Positions 24,865 through 38,364 of a stretch of 64,000 nucleotides of DNA are shown piece after piece (the stretch's first letter is position 1; each line of letters begins with the position of its first letter). The stretch is from Ascidiella aspersa (Eukaryota). The notes below the pieces were generated by a model. It was given only the letters and a program-made list of their open reading frames with translations. It did no database searches and was not told the DNA's origin. Position numbers and translations under genes: made by a program. The stretch is from assembly GCA_963924565.1 (NCBI GenBank), contig OZ004609.1, positions 26,846,001 to 26,910,000 on the forward strand. The letters run 5' to 3'.

Positions 24865-27800
24865 ATTGAGGAGCTGACGTCGCTGCAGCAGACGGCCGAG
24901 AAGTCGTCCTTAGAGCAGATGGACGCTTACATGGCGGAGAGCGACAACCAGTTCGAGCAGCTCAAGTCTCATCTGCAGGAGAAGAGCGACCAGCTGAGGG
25001 CGGCACAAAGCGAAAAGGAAGGACTTGAGAAAGAGGTTCGATTTTACCATGCAGTGGATTTGTGATTTTTTGTATTGTGATTTTTTGAAATATTAAGACC
25101 CATGAATAATATTACTATATGTTGTAGAATAATAAATAACGGGTATGTTATTATTTTTTGTTCTATTCACCCGTAATGTATTTTTTAAGTTCTGGTGTTT
25201 TTAGCTTTATAAGATCTGTTGTTACTATTACTATATGTTGTCGAATATAATAAATAACGGCGATGTTATTATTTTTGTTCTATCCACACTTTACAATAAT
25301 GTGGTAAAGTTTAAATCGACATTTGTTTCTCCGTTTTATCGTGATTTACAGTCACAGCCCACAAAAACATTGTCAAAATGTTAAATTTCGCTCCAAATTT
25401 TGTCATTTTTTTTCGTTACGCAATATGGTATGATTTCGAAAACCTTATATTATAAAAACGCCCGCGTTCTTACAGCTAGCTTTATACATAAAAAAATCTA
25501 TAGATAAAAAACATTTTAAGATTGTCTCAGTGGCTATCTTTAACATAGGCATTAGTTGATTTTAGAAAAATAACGCCGTACTCTTTGGCGAACGGCAACA
25601 CTTGCCCTCCAGTGAGCCGAAAACCGTGACGTCACAGTCAATGAGGGGCGCCTTGCACACGCCCCATGTTTGAGCCACGCACGAGGGCCGCCCCTGATTG
25701 CCTCCGTCGGGCGCTTTGAAGGATAAACATGGGGCTGAATCAGGCGGCCCGAAAATCCCTAAACCGCGGGGAAACCGTCGAATTTTGAGGCCGGTTGCAA
25801 ACCGATTTGTGCCAATTTGCTGCCGCTGCCTTGTGATTACGGCTGTTTGCGTCAAACGGCTTTGTTCCTTGTGTCTAGCCGTGCGTGATGGCGGTATAGG
25901 CCGCGTTGGAGCGGACTCACGTTCCCGCGTCAATCCGCCGTTTTTGCGAATGTCGACGCTACCGTGAAATTTACCAGCCTTTGTGCGTCTCGCCCGCCGA
26001 GAGTTACGCAAAAATATCAATTTTACCGGATTTTCTTTGGAATTTGTAGTTATAGGAAGCTCGTATCGCTGTGAAAATAGATTTTGTCACGTTTTTCGCA
26101 CACGTTCGCGGTTATTTTCAGTGAAGTAAAAGTAGCGGTTGGTGCACTGTTTCTTAAACTCGTTCACCTGCCGGCCTATCTTTTGCTTTTTTATCCTGTT
26201 TAAAACACAAAAATGTGTATAAACAATTCACCGTAAATTAATTACTACAATATTAAAAATAGTACTCACTAAACAAAGGTTGCCCCGTAATTTATTATCA
26301 TAATCAGAATATCAAATGAAATGATAAGTTTAAAAAAAAAAGAACCAAAAAATGATTTCCCGGTCAAATAAATTTCAAATATATTGCGCCGACCTCTTCG
26401 AAACCTCCTCACGGATACCAGTTTTTGGTAACCACTTGATCAGAGTGAAACCGTTGACATTGCAACTTTTGTTTCTTTGTATAATTATTTTTAGGTGATT
26501 TCATTCTCATCATATCAAGCTCTTTCGCTTTACACTCTATAGTTGCAACATTATTTCCCTAAAGAAGATTGCCCGGCCCGAATAGGTGGTCGAAACGTTG
26601 GCACTTTAATAAATATTGAAAACTAATGGATTCGATGATTTGATACTGAAGTTGTTATTAGTGTGCAGAAGTTGATTAATAGCACTACAAAACAACCTTT
26701 ATAAATGGCCGTATTTGTCTAATTCTAAATGGTGTAATCAGGTGGCACTATATAAAGACAAATTGTATTGAGTTTTCGACAAGCTTTCGCACAACCGTGC
26801 TTCATCAAGTCAAAGTAAAACGCAAGCATTTAAAATGCACGAAATAAAATTAAAATGCTCGTGCATCTTAAATGCTTTAATTTCTCCTTTGACCTGGTGA
26901 AGTACGGTTGTGCAAAAGCTTGTCGTTAATTTAATACAGTTTGTCTTTATATGATGCCAGCTGATTACCCTACTACAAAACAATGTTATTTAAACAGAAA
27001 AACAATGCCTGGTAGCAACAGCATATTTATACCAATATCCTTCACCAACTAACATTTTCGTCTTCACCCAGCTGGAAGCTCTTACCGTGGATCTGGAGCG
27101 CGCCACCTCGGACGCACAGAGGACGCGCTCCTCGCACCAGGAGGAGCAGAGGAGGCTGGAGGAGGTGGAGAAACTCCTAGAGGAGCTCGGGGATCGCTTA
27201 AAGGCCGAACAGCGGGAAAACGACGCTTTGCGGGAAGAGGTTAGTAGACCAGTGCTTCTTTAACTTTTTAAGTTTTGTTCACCCCTAGCATTTATCTCCA
27301 GATTTCATTCACCGTTGTCTAATAATATGTGTTCAGTGAACAGGTTGAACACCCGGAATATCCGTCCTGCTCGCATGCTATCATCCATTTCTGACGGTTT
27401 CACCCTTTTGGTTGGTTCACCCCTGCAAAAGTTTTATTCACCCTGGGGTGAACCGTTCATCTGATTAAGAAACCCTGGAGTAGACTATATGATAGCGTAT
27501 ATAGAGTAGAGTAGACTACATAAACAAATTTGAGAATCCCAGGGATATACTCTCTTCTTTATTTTTGTTGTTTAAATCATTGTGTTGTTTCACACTTTCA
27601 TAGTGCAGAAAATTACAAATTATTTAAAAATAAACAAATGTGAAATTCCACTTTTTTGGTTTTAACGTGTTATGTAAAGTGAATGACCTGATCAAACGAA
27701 TTGTTGTGTTAAGTTAAGGATCTTGACCCTGGTCAAGTTTTCAGTAAACGTTGGGTGGCACTATTAAAAAAATATTTGTTGGCCTTTTGGTTGTTTTACA

Positions 27801-30800
27801 CTTAAAAATAACAAATTGGACGTTTCTAAAGTTAATATTCGGTTAATCGTCAATACTTTTGTTGTTATAATGTACGACGTAAACAATTTTCTACTAAAGC
27901 AAAGACCTCATTTGACAAAATTTTTAGTTTTGTACTATTTATGAATTTTTTTTGGCAGAAAATGTTAAGAGAATATTTATTATGACATGTGAAAAAGAAA
28001 AACATGTAATTTTTAGGTATAGTTAACGAAAATCGCATTTCTCAAAAAGCGACTTTTCTGTGCGCAGTTGTCGGGCCTCAAGCGAAAAACGAGTGAATCC
28101 TCCTCGGATGCAGAAGCCAAGGAAGAGGTGGAGGAGCTGGAAGCCAAGCTCCATGAGGCGGAAGAAGAAAAGGAAGACGCCCTCCACAAGTTGACAGTCC
28201 TCATCGTGAGTCCGACTAGTGCTCGTGTCTTCGTGGTCCCAATGTTGGTGTTTTTTCGGCATATCTGTAAAACCATATGTAAAACCTCCACGTATAGGAT
28301 ATATTTTCCTTCGTTGCTGATTTTAATTCAGCTCAAGTCTAAATTCAATTCATTTGCAAAACAACCTTTAAAAAAACAAATCGAAAGTCTTAGTTTATGT
28401 CCATCCTATGGCTTTAAGTCAGTTGCTCGGCATAAAAAATCATTAACTACTGAATCGGTATATTTTTTCGATTTCAAGAAAAATCTCGCCGCACACACTG
28501 AAGTCGAAGTAAGGTATTTGTATAAACGACTAAGGGTAGAAATGACCGTATTAAGTGAAGCTTTGATAAAGATATTTCAATTAGCATTTTAAAAACGGTA
28601 AACTTTTAACTTATATTATATAATTCGTCGCACCTTATCACAGGACCAAGTTGGTCAGCTGCACAACGAACTCGAAATGGAGAAGAGCCAAGTCTCCATC
28701 TTACAGGACGAATCGAACAAGCAAAAGCATGAGGTAAGTTTATTTGCTCCCAATTACGTATGATCTCGGTATCTATGTAAAATACTGTCGTTTGAACCGA
28801 AAATTGATTCTACATTATTAATCACTGGCTTTAATCCGGGTCGTTGGACCTTTAACGTCGCCAACAGCAGCAGAAATGGTTCTTTTAAACCGCGGATGAT
28901 TGTACCGTGCCATAAAGGTTAAAATCGTTGGACATCTGCAAGAAACGTGTGAAAATTTAGTCCCTATAAACGAAACAATTACAACTTACTCGCAATGACA
29001 TACAAAAGAAGAGATGATTCTTGTTAGGCCACATATAATTGTACTGTACTAGGTTAAAATGGTTGGATAGATGTTATGGAAGTATTCCTTATAAACGGAA
29101 GAATTACAGTTTACTCGCATTGGGTCCGCTATTCTTCTCGACGGGGCATATTTCTAAAGTTGTTTACCCGGACTGTGTTCTGCTCTCATTTGTTCTCTAT
29201 TAGCGTGAAAGCCGCCCGCATTAAGTGGCTTCCGTTCGGTGTGAAATCTGGTCACGGACTTAACTATTTAAACAGTTATCTCACCTTTCATGGCTATATA
29301 AAAGTTACAAATAACCTAAATGAGTAATACCATGTGTATGGTATGTCTGCATCCAGTGGAGATATTTTTATATTTGAGAAACGTCGTTGACACAACAGCT
29401 TACTAAAAAGATATATATTTGGGAAATTTTGTCCCAACCACAAATCGCGTATTTTGTTACGTCACACCGTACACCCAATCGTCTCGTTTAATTTTATGGC
29501 AAGCAGTAGTGGAGAAAGTTAATTTCACGCGGTTGTGACTTACGCAAATACACCGCAATTCGGTCGAATCTGTTTTTTAGTCTTATAAATCGGGCGATTA
29601 TTTTGACGTAAAAACATGAAATTTCGACATATTCTAACCTAAAAAATTTTTTTGACAAAAAATTGGACCTATCAGAAAAACAACTCATTTTTGTTTAAAG
29701 TACTGGATTAGTGTTGAGGCGTCGTTGGTCACATGATTTTGATTTTTACTGACGACCAGCAGAACCCAATTCAGTTTTCGGGTATATGCAAAACTCTTGC
29801 AAAAACAAAACCAACAAATATAAAAGGTCAAACAAAACAGGACGTTGCTTATTTTATAAAATTGTTAACAAAAGAGTGGTTGCAATATGAGGTAAAGAGA
29901 TTTGCAAAAATTAGAAGACCAAGCATATTTATCGAAATAAAATTTGCACCGAAAAATAACACAAATACCGTTCAATACATTTTTCGAAATCAGATATACA
30001 CAACTATGTAATGCAAAAACGAAGTTCGAGCTGAACCTAATGCGATGAACTAGGCCTGCGTGGTTAATTTCTGCTCGCGTATACCATACATTCCTCAATT
30101 TAAGATATAATACAGCTAAAATGTTTTTGGATGTAATTCAAAAGTAGATTTAATAACTAATAAACCTAATGACCATTTTAAATAGCTCATTACAATATGT
30201 TAATTTTCCAAACGATGGTTGTGCATTTTTTTAAAACGATTTTGACTTGAAATAATTTTGATAAATTTTGACCTCACGTGTAAAGTTTGACCTAATTTTG
30301 ACTTTTTTAACAAGTCAAAAAATATTCGCCCGACTTATAATATTTGCAATCGTCAAAGGCACAGCCGCGAAGCAATTCTTTTTGTTGCTGCGCGATAAAC
30401 AAATACATCCTGTCAACGCAAATTTTAACGGTTGCGTTTTAATTCTTTGCGAAAACCTTTCACCCAGATTTGCGGCCGCTCGCGTCCTTGCGGTCCTTGA
30501 ACTGTGTAAGTGTGTAAACCATAACGTGGGGCGATATATTAAGCCGCCGTGGCCTTATCAAGCCCAATGTAAACATGCATTTCGTTGGTCGCTTTGTAAT
30601 TTAGTCATTTTAAATTCGCTACATCCCGTCTCTGTATGTTTAACGGTTAAACCTTGCTGCAACAAAAGACACATTTTCTTATGGTTGTAAACCTTTCAAA
30701 GGGCGCGTTTAGGCTCAAATTAAAGTAATTTACTTATTTTGTTCAATAGAAATATACATTGACTGTATAGTTGAGTATAGCCTTTGCCACTGCCTTCAGG

Positions 30801-33800
30801 GTACAGTCACTTCGGTATAGTTTACAAGTTAAGAGAGACTAGGCCTTTGAGCGGACCTATGTTTTACCTAAAGAAACTCCCACTGTGAACAGTGTGATAA
30901 CCATTTGCCAGTGCCGTGTACGAAAAATCGCCCATAGTCGCCACCCTGTATATTTGGCACGCAACTTGCACACTAAGACGCTATTTTCTGCGCGACGCCA
31001 AAGCTTCGGCTATTGGGTGGGGTCCAATAAAGAAGGTCGCGACGATGGCACTTGGAGCAATTGGGGCGTCGTCAGCGCGTTAAGTGCACCTCGTGGCCGG
31101 CTCGATCTGGAAATTTCGATATCGCGTATCTGACGCTTATCGCAAATTCGCTCCTCGTGCTTGTTTTGATAGGTATTTGTGCGCGTGTCGCCGTTTGCAG
31201 CCCCGTCCGTTGGCTCGGGCCGTTTCAAAAAGGAGATCTTACGCGCACAGATCGAAGTGAGATGCTTTCGAATCGTCTAAATTTAGCGCTATTGCCTTTG
31301 TGTTGACCCCGTGGCACCGCGATGACCGTGGCAGTTCTGTAAACAGTTGCGAATGTTGATAGTTTTTTCGAGGTATTTTCTCGCTTCAAACGCTGTTTTT
31401 CGCGTAATTGGGTGATTCACTCTATGACGCGTAAAGTTTATAGAGCGTGTGTAAACTTCAAAAATGTTTCTTTATTAATTTCGTCAACATTCTCGTATGA
31501 TGATTTTTTTCCGGCAATAATACTGCCCAACATTAATACAGCAAGGGCACGCGAAACAAAAATTATTGTCGCCTTACAAGAAACTATTGTAACGAGGTTA
31601 CCTTACTAAAAACAACCGTATTAGGATTGGTGATGAAGCCGTTAGCTCATCCAGTGGGCGATGATGTTTTTGACGACTTGATATCGAATTGGGTTGGTGA
31701 TTAGGGATGACCGATACTTGGAATTTTATTCCGATACCCAGTATTTCGAATAAAAAGTAAAGCGATCCGATGCTGTACGAAATTACCTCATTACTTTGTT
31801 TAAACAGATAAAATAGATGAAATGGCAACGTTCGCAGGTACTTTTTTCTGTTTAAAAGGCCAAATTTTTGTTAAGCTTTAGCAAGTTTGGTTGCCTCAAC
31901 TTGCAAAGTTATTTTGAAAATTATAATCGAAGTACTTGACGACAATCATGCTAAAATTCCTATTTTAATCTGGTATCGAATCGGCACCGATACGACCCAA
32001 GTACGTCATGGGGTATCGGCTCTTATCCGATATTGTAGGACATTCCTAGTGGTGATATAATTTGCACTAAAGGTAGGAAAACGTTGCAATATTAACGTTC
32101 GTTTAGTTGTTTCTCAAATATTATTCACGGCACACACGTTCAGCGCGCATTTTGTACAGCGACGTGCAAACCTCCAAGGTTGATATTCTAATTATAGCTA
32201 ATTTAGCATATTTCACGTACACACCAACATACGCCTTTTCAAAACGCGTATAAATCGCATTTCGGTTTCTCGAAAAGGGCGCGCTGTAATCCCACGTCGA
32301 ACAGGATTCACCGGCAAATTGAGAAAATCCTGCCTTACGGGTGGCCCGAGGTCCATATAGCAACGGTCGCCGAAATCGAAAAAGCTGATCGGGCAAAATC
32401 ACTCGCTAACCGCAGCTTACGCGTCGATTCTACTACGAACATGGAAACGTCGCATTCGAACGCAGACGGGGTTGTCTGGCAAGCGTTCACACCCGCGCGG
32501 CACCCGACTTACTTCGCCGCAAACGCGTCCAACTGCGCCTTTGAAGAGCACAGTACAACGCAGGCGAGTTTCTCCCGCTTTTGAAGCACTCCTGCCTTCG
32601 GTTAGTCACCTGGGTTGTTGACCCGTCGACCGGCAGCTCAACTCGATTCACGCACATCGATGGCGTTTTGCGCACGCCGCCGCGTCAGTGCCTTTGTCGC
32701 TATGGGTGTTACTGCGTCTCGTTCGGTTAAGGTGAACAAACCCACAGAGGCACACTGGAAAGGCTTCGTTGGTGGAGTTTTAACAGTTTTATTCCATATG
32801 ACAGTTTTTCAGAACTGGAGTGCCGTTTTTTTCTCTTAAAAGGTGCCAAGAGATATGTTTTGGTTGATATATATTTTTTCTTTGGGTGGTTTTACATTCC
32901 TAATTTTTTTATCCATTGGAAAGCTTTGGGTTAAAATTGTTAGTCTACTTCTAGGGTGTAATAACTTTAAAAATGTTTTCCTAAACGTTGCGTACATAAT
33001 GCGTGTTGTTATAATGTAGATTATTGTCCATTTCGTACAGCAAACCACTGTGCGATATTGCTAGAAACGGTGCCGCAATCTTTTATCTTTTCTCGTGTGC
33101 CGCAACCTAAAAAGATTTGGGGAGCCATTGCCTTTTTCTATTGGACTGATTTTATTAGGTGCTGTTACGCACGATTCTTACTAAATGGGTCCGTAAAAAA
33201 ATTGCGACCTCACGTAAACGGCCACAGCCATGGATCCACAATCCACACCCATGGATTGTTCCTGAAACTTACTCCCGCGACTAATGTTGCGTGTGAACTT
33301 AAACTCGCTCGTGCAAACGATTTACGGTCGTTCGACTCTCCCCACTCTAGTCTACTGCTCACTATGTAAACTGGCGTTTCCGCGCTGGGCACGCAACTAG
33401 TTTTACTCTGTCGCGAATTCCGTTCGTGTCTGAAAACTTCTATAAAGTAAAAGCTTCTATAAAGTAAAAGTGACCTTCGTGGTGACATTTGCGCAGCCAA
33501 TGGGCGACGCCATCTTCTCGGAATTCTGTCTGCTTTGCTGTTTGACCTGTTTCCACCTGTCGGCGGTTGATTGACGCCCCTCGTCGGCCCGCCCATGTCA
33601 AATAACAATAACAGACCATTATCTGCAAGGTCTGTGCATTCCACTAATCGTTCCTTGTGTGTCAGTCTTCACGTTTTCTATATGGAAAGCGCCCGATTAT
33701 TTCGAGTGTAGGCGTTGTGCGTCTGTTCAAACACTGGACTCAAGGCCATTGGTTCTTAATCTGAGAGGTACTTCCGGAGAAGAGACATATATCATTTTTT

Positions 33801-36713
33801 CGTGCAAAATGTTGTTGGGCTATTTTTTTCATTTACTTTTTCAAAACTTTTATGCACCAAAAGTTTTAGCAAAGAAAATGATGCTGGATGATATGTTGTT
33901 TTACTCCTAAACTACGCAAAACGTAGTGATCACATTTTGCTGTTATATTTCTATTTCGAATAAAACTTCGGTATTCAGTTTTAAAGGAGTTCTTAGTAGG
34001 GTTTGGTGGAAAGTAATTTGTAAGTCTGTATTAGGTAATATCCAACAGTGTTAATATGCGATGACTAGTGTTTATGCATGCACATTTTAGTTTTCCACGC
34101 ACTGCAAGTCACAGCTCCTATAGTAAATCTGCTGCTCTACAAGGGTTACCTATTCTGATAACATTTTTTTTGTCTCGATTCCTTCTTTAGATTGCAGTAG
34201 TCCCTATAAACGACAGCATTAAAGTGATTTTTGGCTTCGTGGCCAAAATATATGATAAAACATATCACACAATGGCGGCATATAAAACTCCCAAGTCAAC
34301 ACATTACGCTTTTTAATATTACGATTCATGCAGTTATTTTAGTGTAACAATACAGTGAGTCTTTAGGGCGTTTGTAGCTAACCGCAATGCCACCTAACGG
34401 TCGCTTTATTCGCAGATCGAGCGCCTCAATGACGCGCTAGATGGCGCCAACACGCAGCAGCAGGTCTACGGGGCCGATGGCGAGCTTCAAGCCGCTATGG
34501 AGGAAAAGATCGCGAGCCTTGAAGAAAAGCTGCAGCAAGAAGCAAGGTGCGATTGTTTAGCGACGCGCTAACTGCCGAAATAGTACTGAGTACTTGATTT
34601 TTACGATATTTGGGTTGTTACTTGTAGACAAGGCATTTTCATCTATTTTTTTTTTTAATGCAATGAAATATATGACAAGAGCGCTAAAATTTTTAGATTG
34701 TCGCACTTTTTTATACAAAAGTCATCAATGAATAATGCACTAAAAAGCAACATTTACTGAACTGCACACCAAAATAATAAACTCGTTTAAGTTAAAAAAA
34801 AAACAATTAAACGTGTCCGTTTAAAGTTTCTCATTTGTTTTGTTGCACAATGATGTCAAGAAGAGCCATTTAATTATTGGGCAGCTGTACGTTATAAAGG
34901 TTTAAACGCACATACCAGTGTAAAATTTAAAGAAACAGATACATCCGTTGCAGTCAATGTTGACTAACTTTTTTAATTCTATTTCACGTATTTCGTGCAG
35001 CGAGCTGAACGCGATCGACACGCACCACCGCAAAACCGAGATGAAGTTGAGGGAAGTTTTGAAGCAAGCCGAGATTGAAACCGACAAGGCAAACAGCGAA
35101 AAGGAAATGGTAAGCACGTTTAATTACACGTGCGACTGTTGGCAGAAGAAAGATTGTTCAAATTTTTATTGCTTTTCGACCCGGTCTGATATTAAGGTAT
35201 GTGATAAAGAATATTTAGCAATCGCTAGCTCCTCAAACATTTTTTTGTCAACGGCCTACAGTTATATTACTGTTAGGCCAAGGCGCAATCTTAAAAAAAT
35301 CCCTACACAAAAAACACGGTTGTTTCGGCCAAAGAATTCAATTGTTTTGCATATTCCTTATGTAACTTGTATCGCAGTTCTCTTATACTTTTGCGTATCT
35401 GTTTCGAAAAAATGATTTTTTCAAGGTGGCCGAACTTTTATTTTTTATCGTAGGAGAGCGGTTGATCTGGTCAAATTAAAAACAGTAATTCTATTTTACT
35501 CCGAAAAACATCAAGTAAACGGTTCGATTTTAGGGTTGATGAAACGCGGTAGCCCTGTGCGCCGTTAACCATAAGCCAATTTGATAAAAGCCAAAAAAAA
35601 CGCGTTCAAGTTAATGCATCCGCAGATGAGCATCCTCGCTTGGTATCGAATCATATCGGTATACTTTTTATCCAACATATTCTGTATCGCAATACAAATG
35701 TGCGGACGTCGCTATTCGTAAGCCGCCTTTTTATTTTCCTTTTCGCGACAAAAACTTCAATACTGTGCACTGTGCAGACATCGCTATGCCCTTATTAAAT
35801 TCAAACCATTGGTTGTATTTGTGAAAACGTTTGCGACAGGTAGCCCCTATTCGCCTTTAATCGCAAGCCGAATTGATGAAAGCCTAAAAAGCGCGTTGTA
35901 AATTGTTCACTCACAGATGAGCATCCGCGCCATGTCGCTCAAGCAGCAACTAAACGAGATGGAATCGAAGCTTGCCACTGCCGAGGAGGAGCGACACACC
36001 CTGGAGGAAATGCTCCAAGAGGAGAAAGAGGCCAACTTCGAGCTGAGGAAGACAATCCATTTGAGGTGGGAGGCGAATTTATTGTGAAATTCATGTAACA
36101 ATTTTTTTAGCAATTTTAGCTAAGATTTGCGTTTTCAACGCAGCGATATTTACTTTAAAATGAAATTTCGTTACAAAATTATTACTTTACAACTAAAGCT
36201 AAACGATAAAGCATAGCCTTGCTAATAACCTCGAAAATAGCTTTAGTTATGACATCATTTGGTATTGGAATAAAATGCAGGATTTAACCTATTGCCTTTA
36301 TTTTAACACTACATTAGAAGCATTCGATTTTGGAATATTCGAAACCACTCGGGCATTAAGAACATTTGTTTCGCAGTACGACGTTGGCTGTCAGAACCAA
36401 AAAATAATAGAAACATAAAAGCAAAATGTTACACAAAAAGTTGAAAAAAAACATTGTTGGACTTGAGGCCACACAAACAACAGTTGCTCGCATAATGTTG
36501 GCCCCAAAAGTGTGGCTTATCAAGCTACAGACTCTTGTGAATTCGTTTGCGACAATGATTATTCATTTGTGACCTCTAAAAAGTCACCGATTCCCTATAT
36601 CTATTGTGTGCATTATTAAAAAACCCTACGCCCTTTTTTTCAGGATGCCAAATTCGAATTCGAAACCCCCGGCTGCTGCAGCGCCGAGCGGAAATCTTTT
36701 CACGTCCGTCTAA
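24865..36713 (+). CDS. Long coiled-coil protein, 3' part only (8 exons, 341 aa visible), C-terminus ...GNLFTSV
   Basis: Exons: 24865-25035, 27072-27239, 28068-28205, 28644-28733, 34416-34546, 35001-35109, 35917-36065 and 36644-36713 (TAA). All have AG/GT boundaries with compatible phases (0,0,0,0,2,0,2). The translation is E/K/L/Q-rich with heptad character (e.g. IEELTSLQQTAEKSSLEQMD, EEVEELEAKLHEAEEEKED). Candidate polyA signal AATAAA at 37784. Confidence 0.85.
26734..26968. mobile_element. Inverted repeat with degenerate minimal hammerhead motifs (Penelope-like remnant)
   Basis: Arms of about 105 bp. Their consensus reads TTTGAC CTGATGA A GCAC GGTT GTGC GAAA GC TT GTCGAA, but each arm has core mutations. 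Confidence 0.65.
27250..27477. mobile_element. hAT-type MITE
   Basis: TIRs CAGTGCTTCTTTAAC and GATTAAGAAACCCTG, flanks tagtagac/gagtagac (8 bp, one mismatch), internal ttcaccc repeats. Confidence 0.7.
31702..32048. mobile_element. hAT-type MITE (TAGGGATG family)
   Basis: TIRs TAGGGATGACC and GGACATTCCTA, flanks ttggtgat/gtggtgat, subterminal ccgatac/gtatcg repeats. Confidence 0.75.
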
Positions 36714-38364
36714 TCTAATCTGACCAATGCAAGGAAAAACGTCGCCGCCGTGTACTCGCCTGCCGTCGTATTTTTTTTGTAAAATTGCACTTTATTTACG
36801 TGGTAACAACCGCGGTTGTCTTTACTAACGTTTGTCGGCTTCTGTTTAATGTATACACCGAGTTTTACTTTAAATGTGCAAGTTTGTCAACTTATTCATC
36901 GGCGGCTCTGTTTTGCTTTGAAACCACGCTGACAATCGATTGTTAGTTGAACTCAAATTTCCAGCCTGTAAACAACTTCGCCGAAATGGTGTTTCCTTCG
37001 TCACCCGATCTCGAGCCAGTGTTTTCTCCCAGTTTTTTATGCACGCAAGTTCGGTGGGAATTTCCCGTTTGGCACTTTGCAATCCTTGAGAATCTAACTC
37101 GTCCTCCGGTATTATCAGCCTAATGCAGTAAAACGTAGGTGCTCACCTCACAGCTTTTTACCAACAATGCGTAATGTAATACATTATAGATAGCAAGTGT
37201 ACTGTACATACTAGGGCTTGTTGTATAAAATGGATTATCAAGCCGGTACTGCCATTTTTTCCCGTGCAAGTCACGTATGTTGCGCTGCAAGCCATTTTAA
37301 CGTTCATATTTTATCGCGAATAGTTTTTCGAATCAGTTCATTCGCTTTTTACTCTCCCATCATGCCTGTTTGTTTTGTAAATATAGCTTCGCCCAAATGT
37401 TATTATCAACCACTAACCGTTCTCGAAGGTGTTTCATTTGCTTTGTACAGCTTTTTAAGGTTTGTATGCACTCAATGATTTAATTTTCACTTGTCTGCCA
37501 CAAGGACTGAAAATTATATTTGATGCAAGGTTATGACCGCCGGAGACAGTAGTGTTTCTTATTGGTCTGAAGCCCGATTTTTCATGAATATTATGAAATC
37601 CGGTGCTACGTTTGCGTGTATTTGCAGTATTGCGATTAATTTGATTGTTTGTACACACTGCTATTTTGTTTTTATATTACACTCGCTATGTAATATTTTT
37701 ATGTTGTTAATCATCAAGGAGTTGTGCGCGAATCGATTTTATTTAATCACGGTGCGATCTTATTGTTTTACTAACAAGACCACAATAAAAATCTACGAGT
37801 GATGATTTTTGAAAATCACAACTAATAAAGAAACAAGAAAATATATCTGGTTAACAAAAAAAATTTAGTTTTTTGTTTGATAAACAACAATAAATGCACA
37901 GGGTTTTGTGTAAACTGATTGTATTTTTCACAGACTAACAAACCTAAATATTTGGAGGAAGAAAAATACAATAAAAACATAATTGAAAAAGTGCGGCAGT
38001 GTTTTCACTCATTACCCTTTTTGTCAGCATAGTGGACAAATGATGATGTTTCTGCCAGTCGAATGTTGTTGCATTACTGTTTAATAGCTGTCTTCCGGAG
38101 ACATTTTAGGATTGTCAACATCAAGTATCAAAATTGGGATTTTGTGTTTGTAGTCGTTTGTTTATGTCCGACAAGATGACGCTTGTAACATAGGCCTGCT
38201 CCTTGGATTCATGGACCTGTTCTCCAAGACCGCTTTCATTCTGTATATTGGCATTTAATTTGCTAGTTTATGTAATTACTTTTGTCAAGATTTAATTGAA
38301 AAAATAGTATTTTATTATAGGATTTAACTTTTATTACTTCATGGTTGGTGGTTGTAGTACTAGG

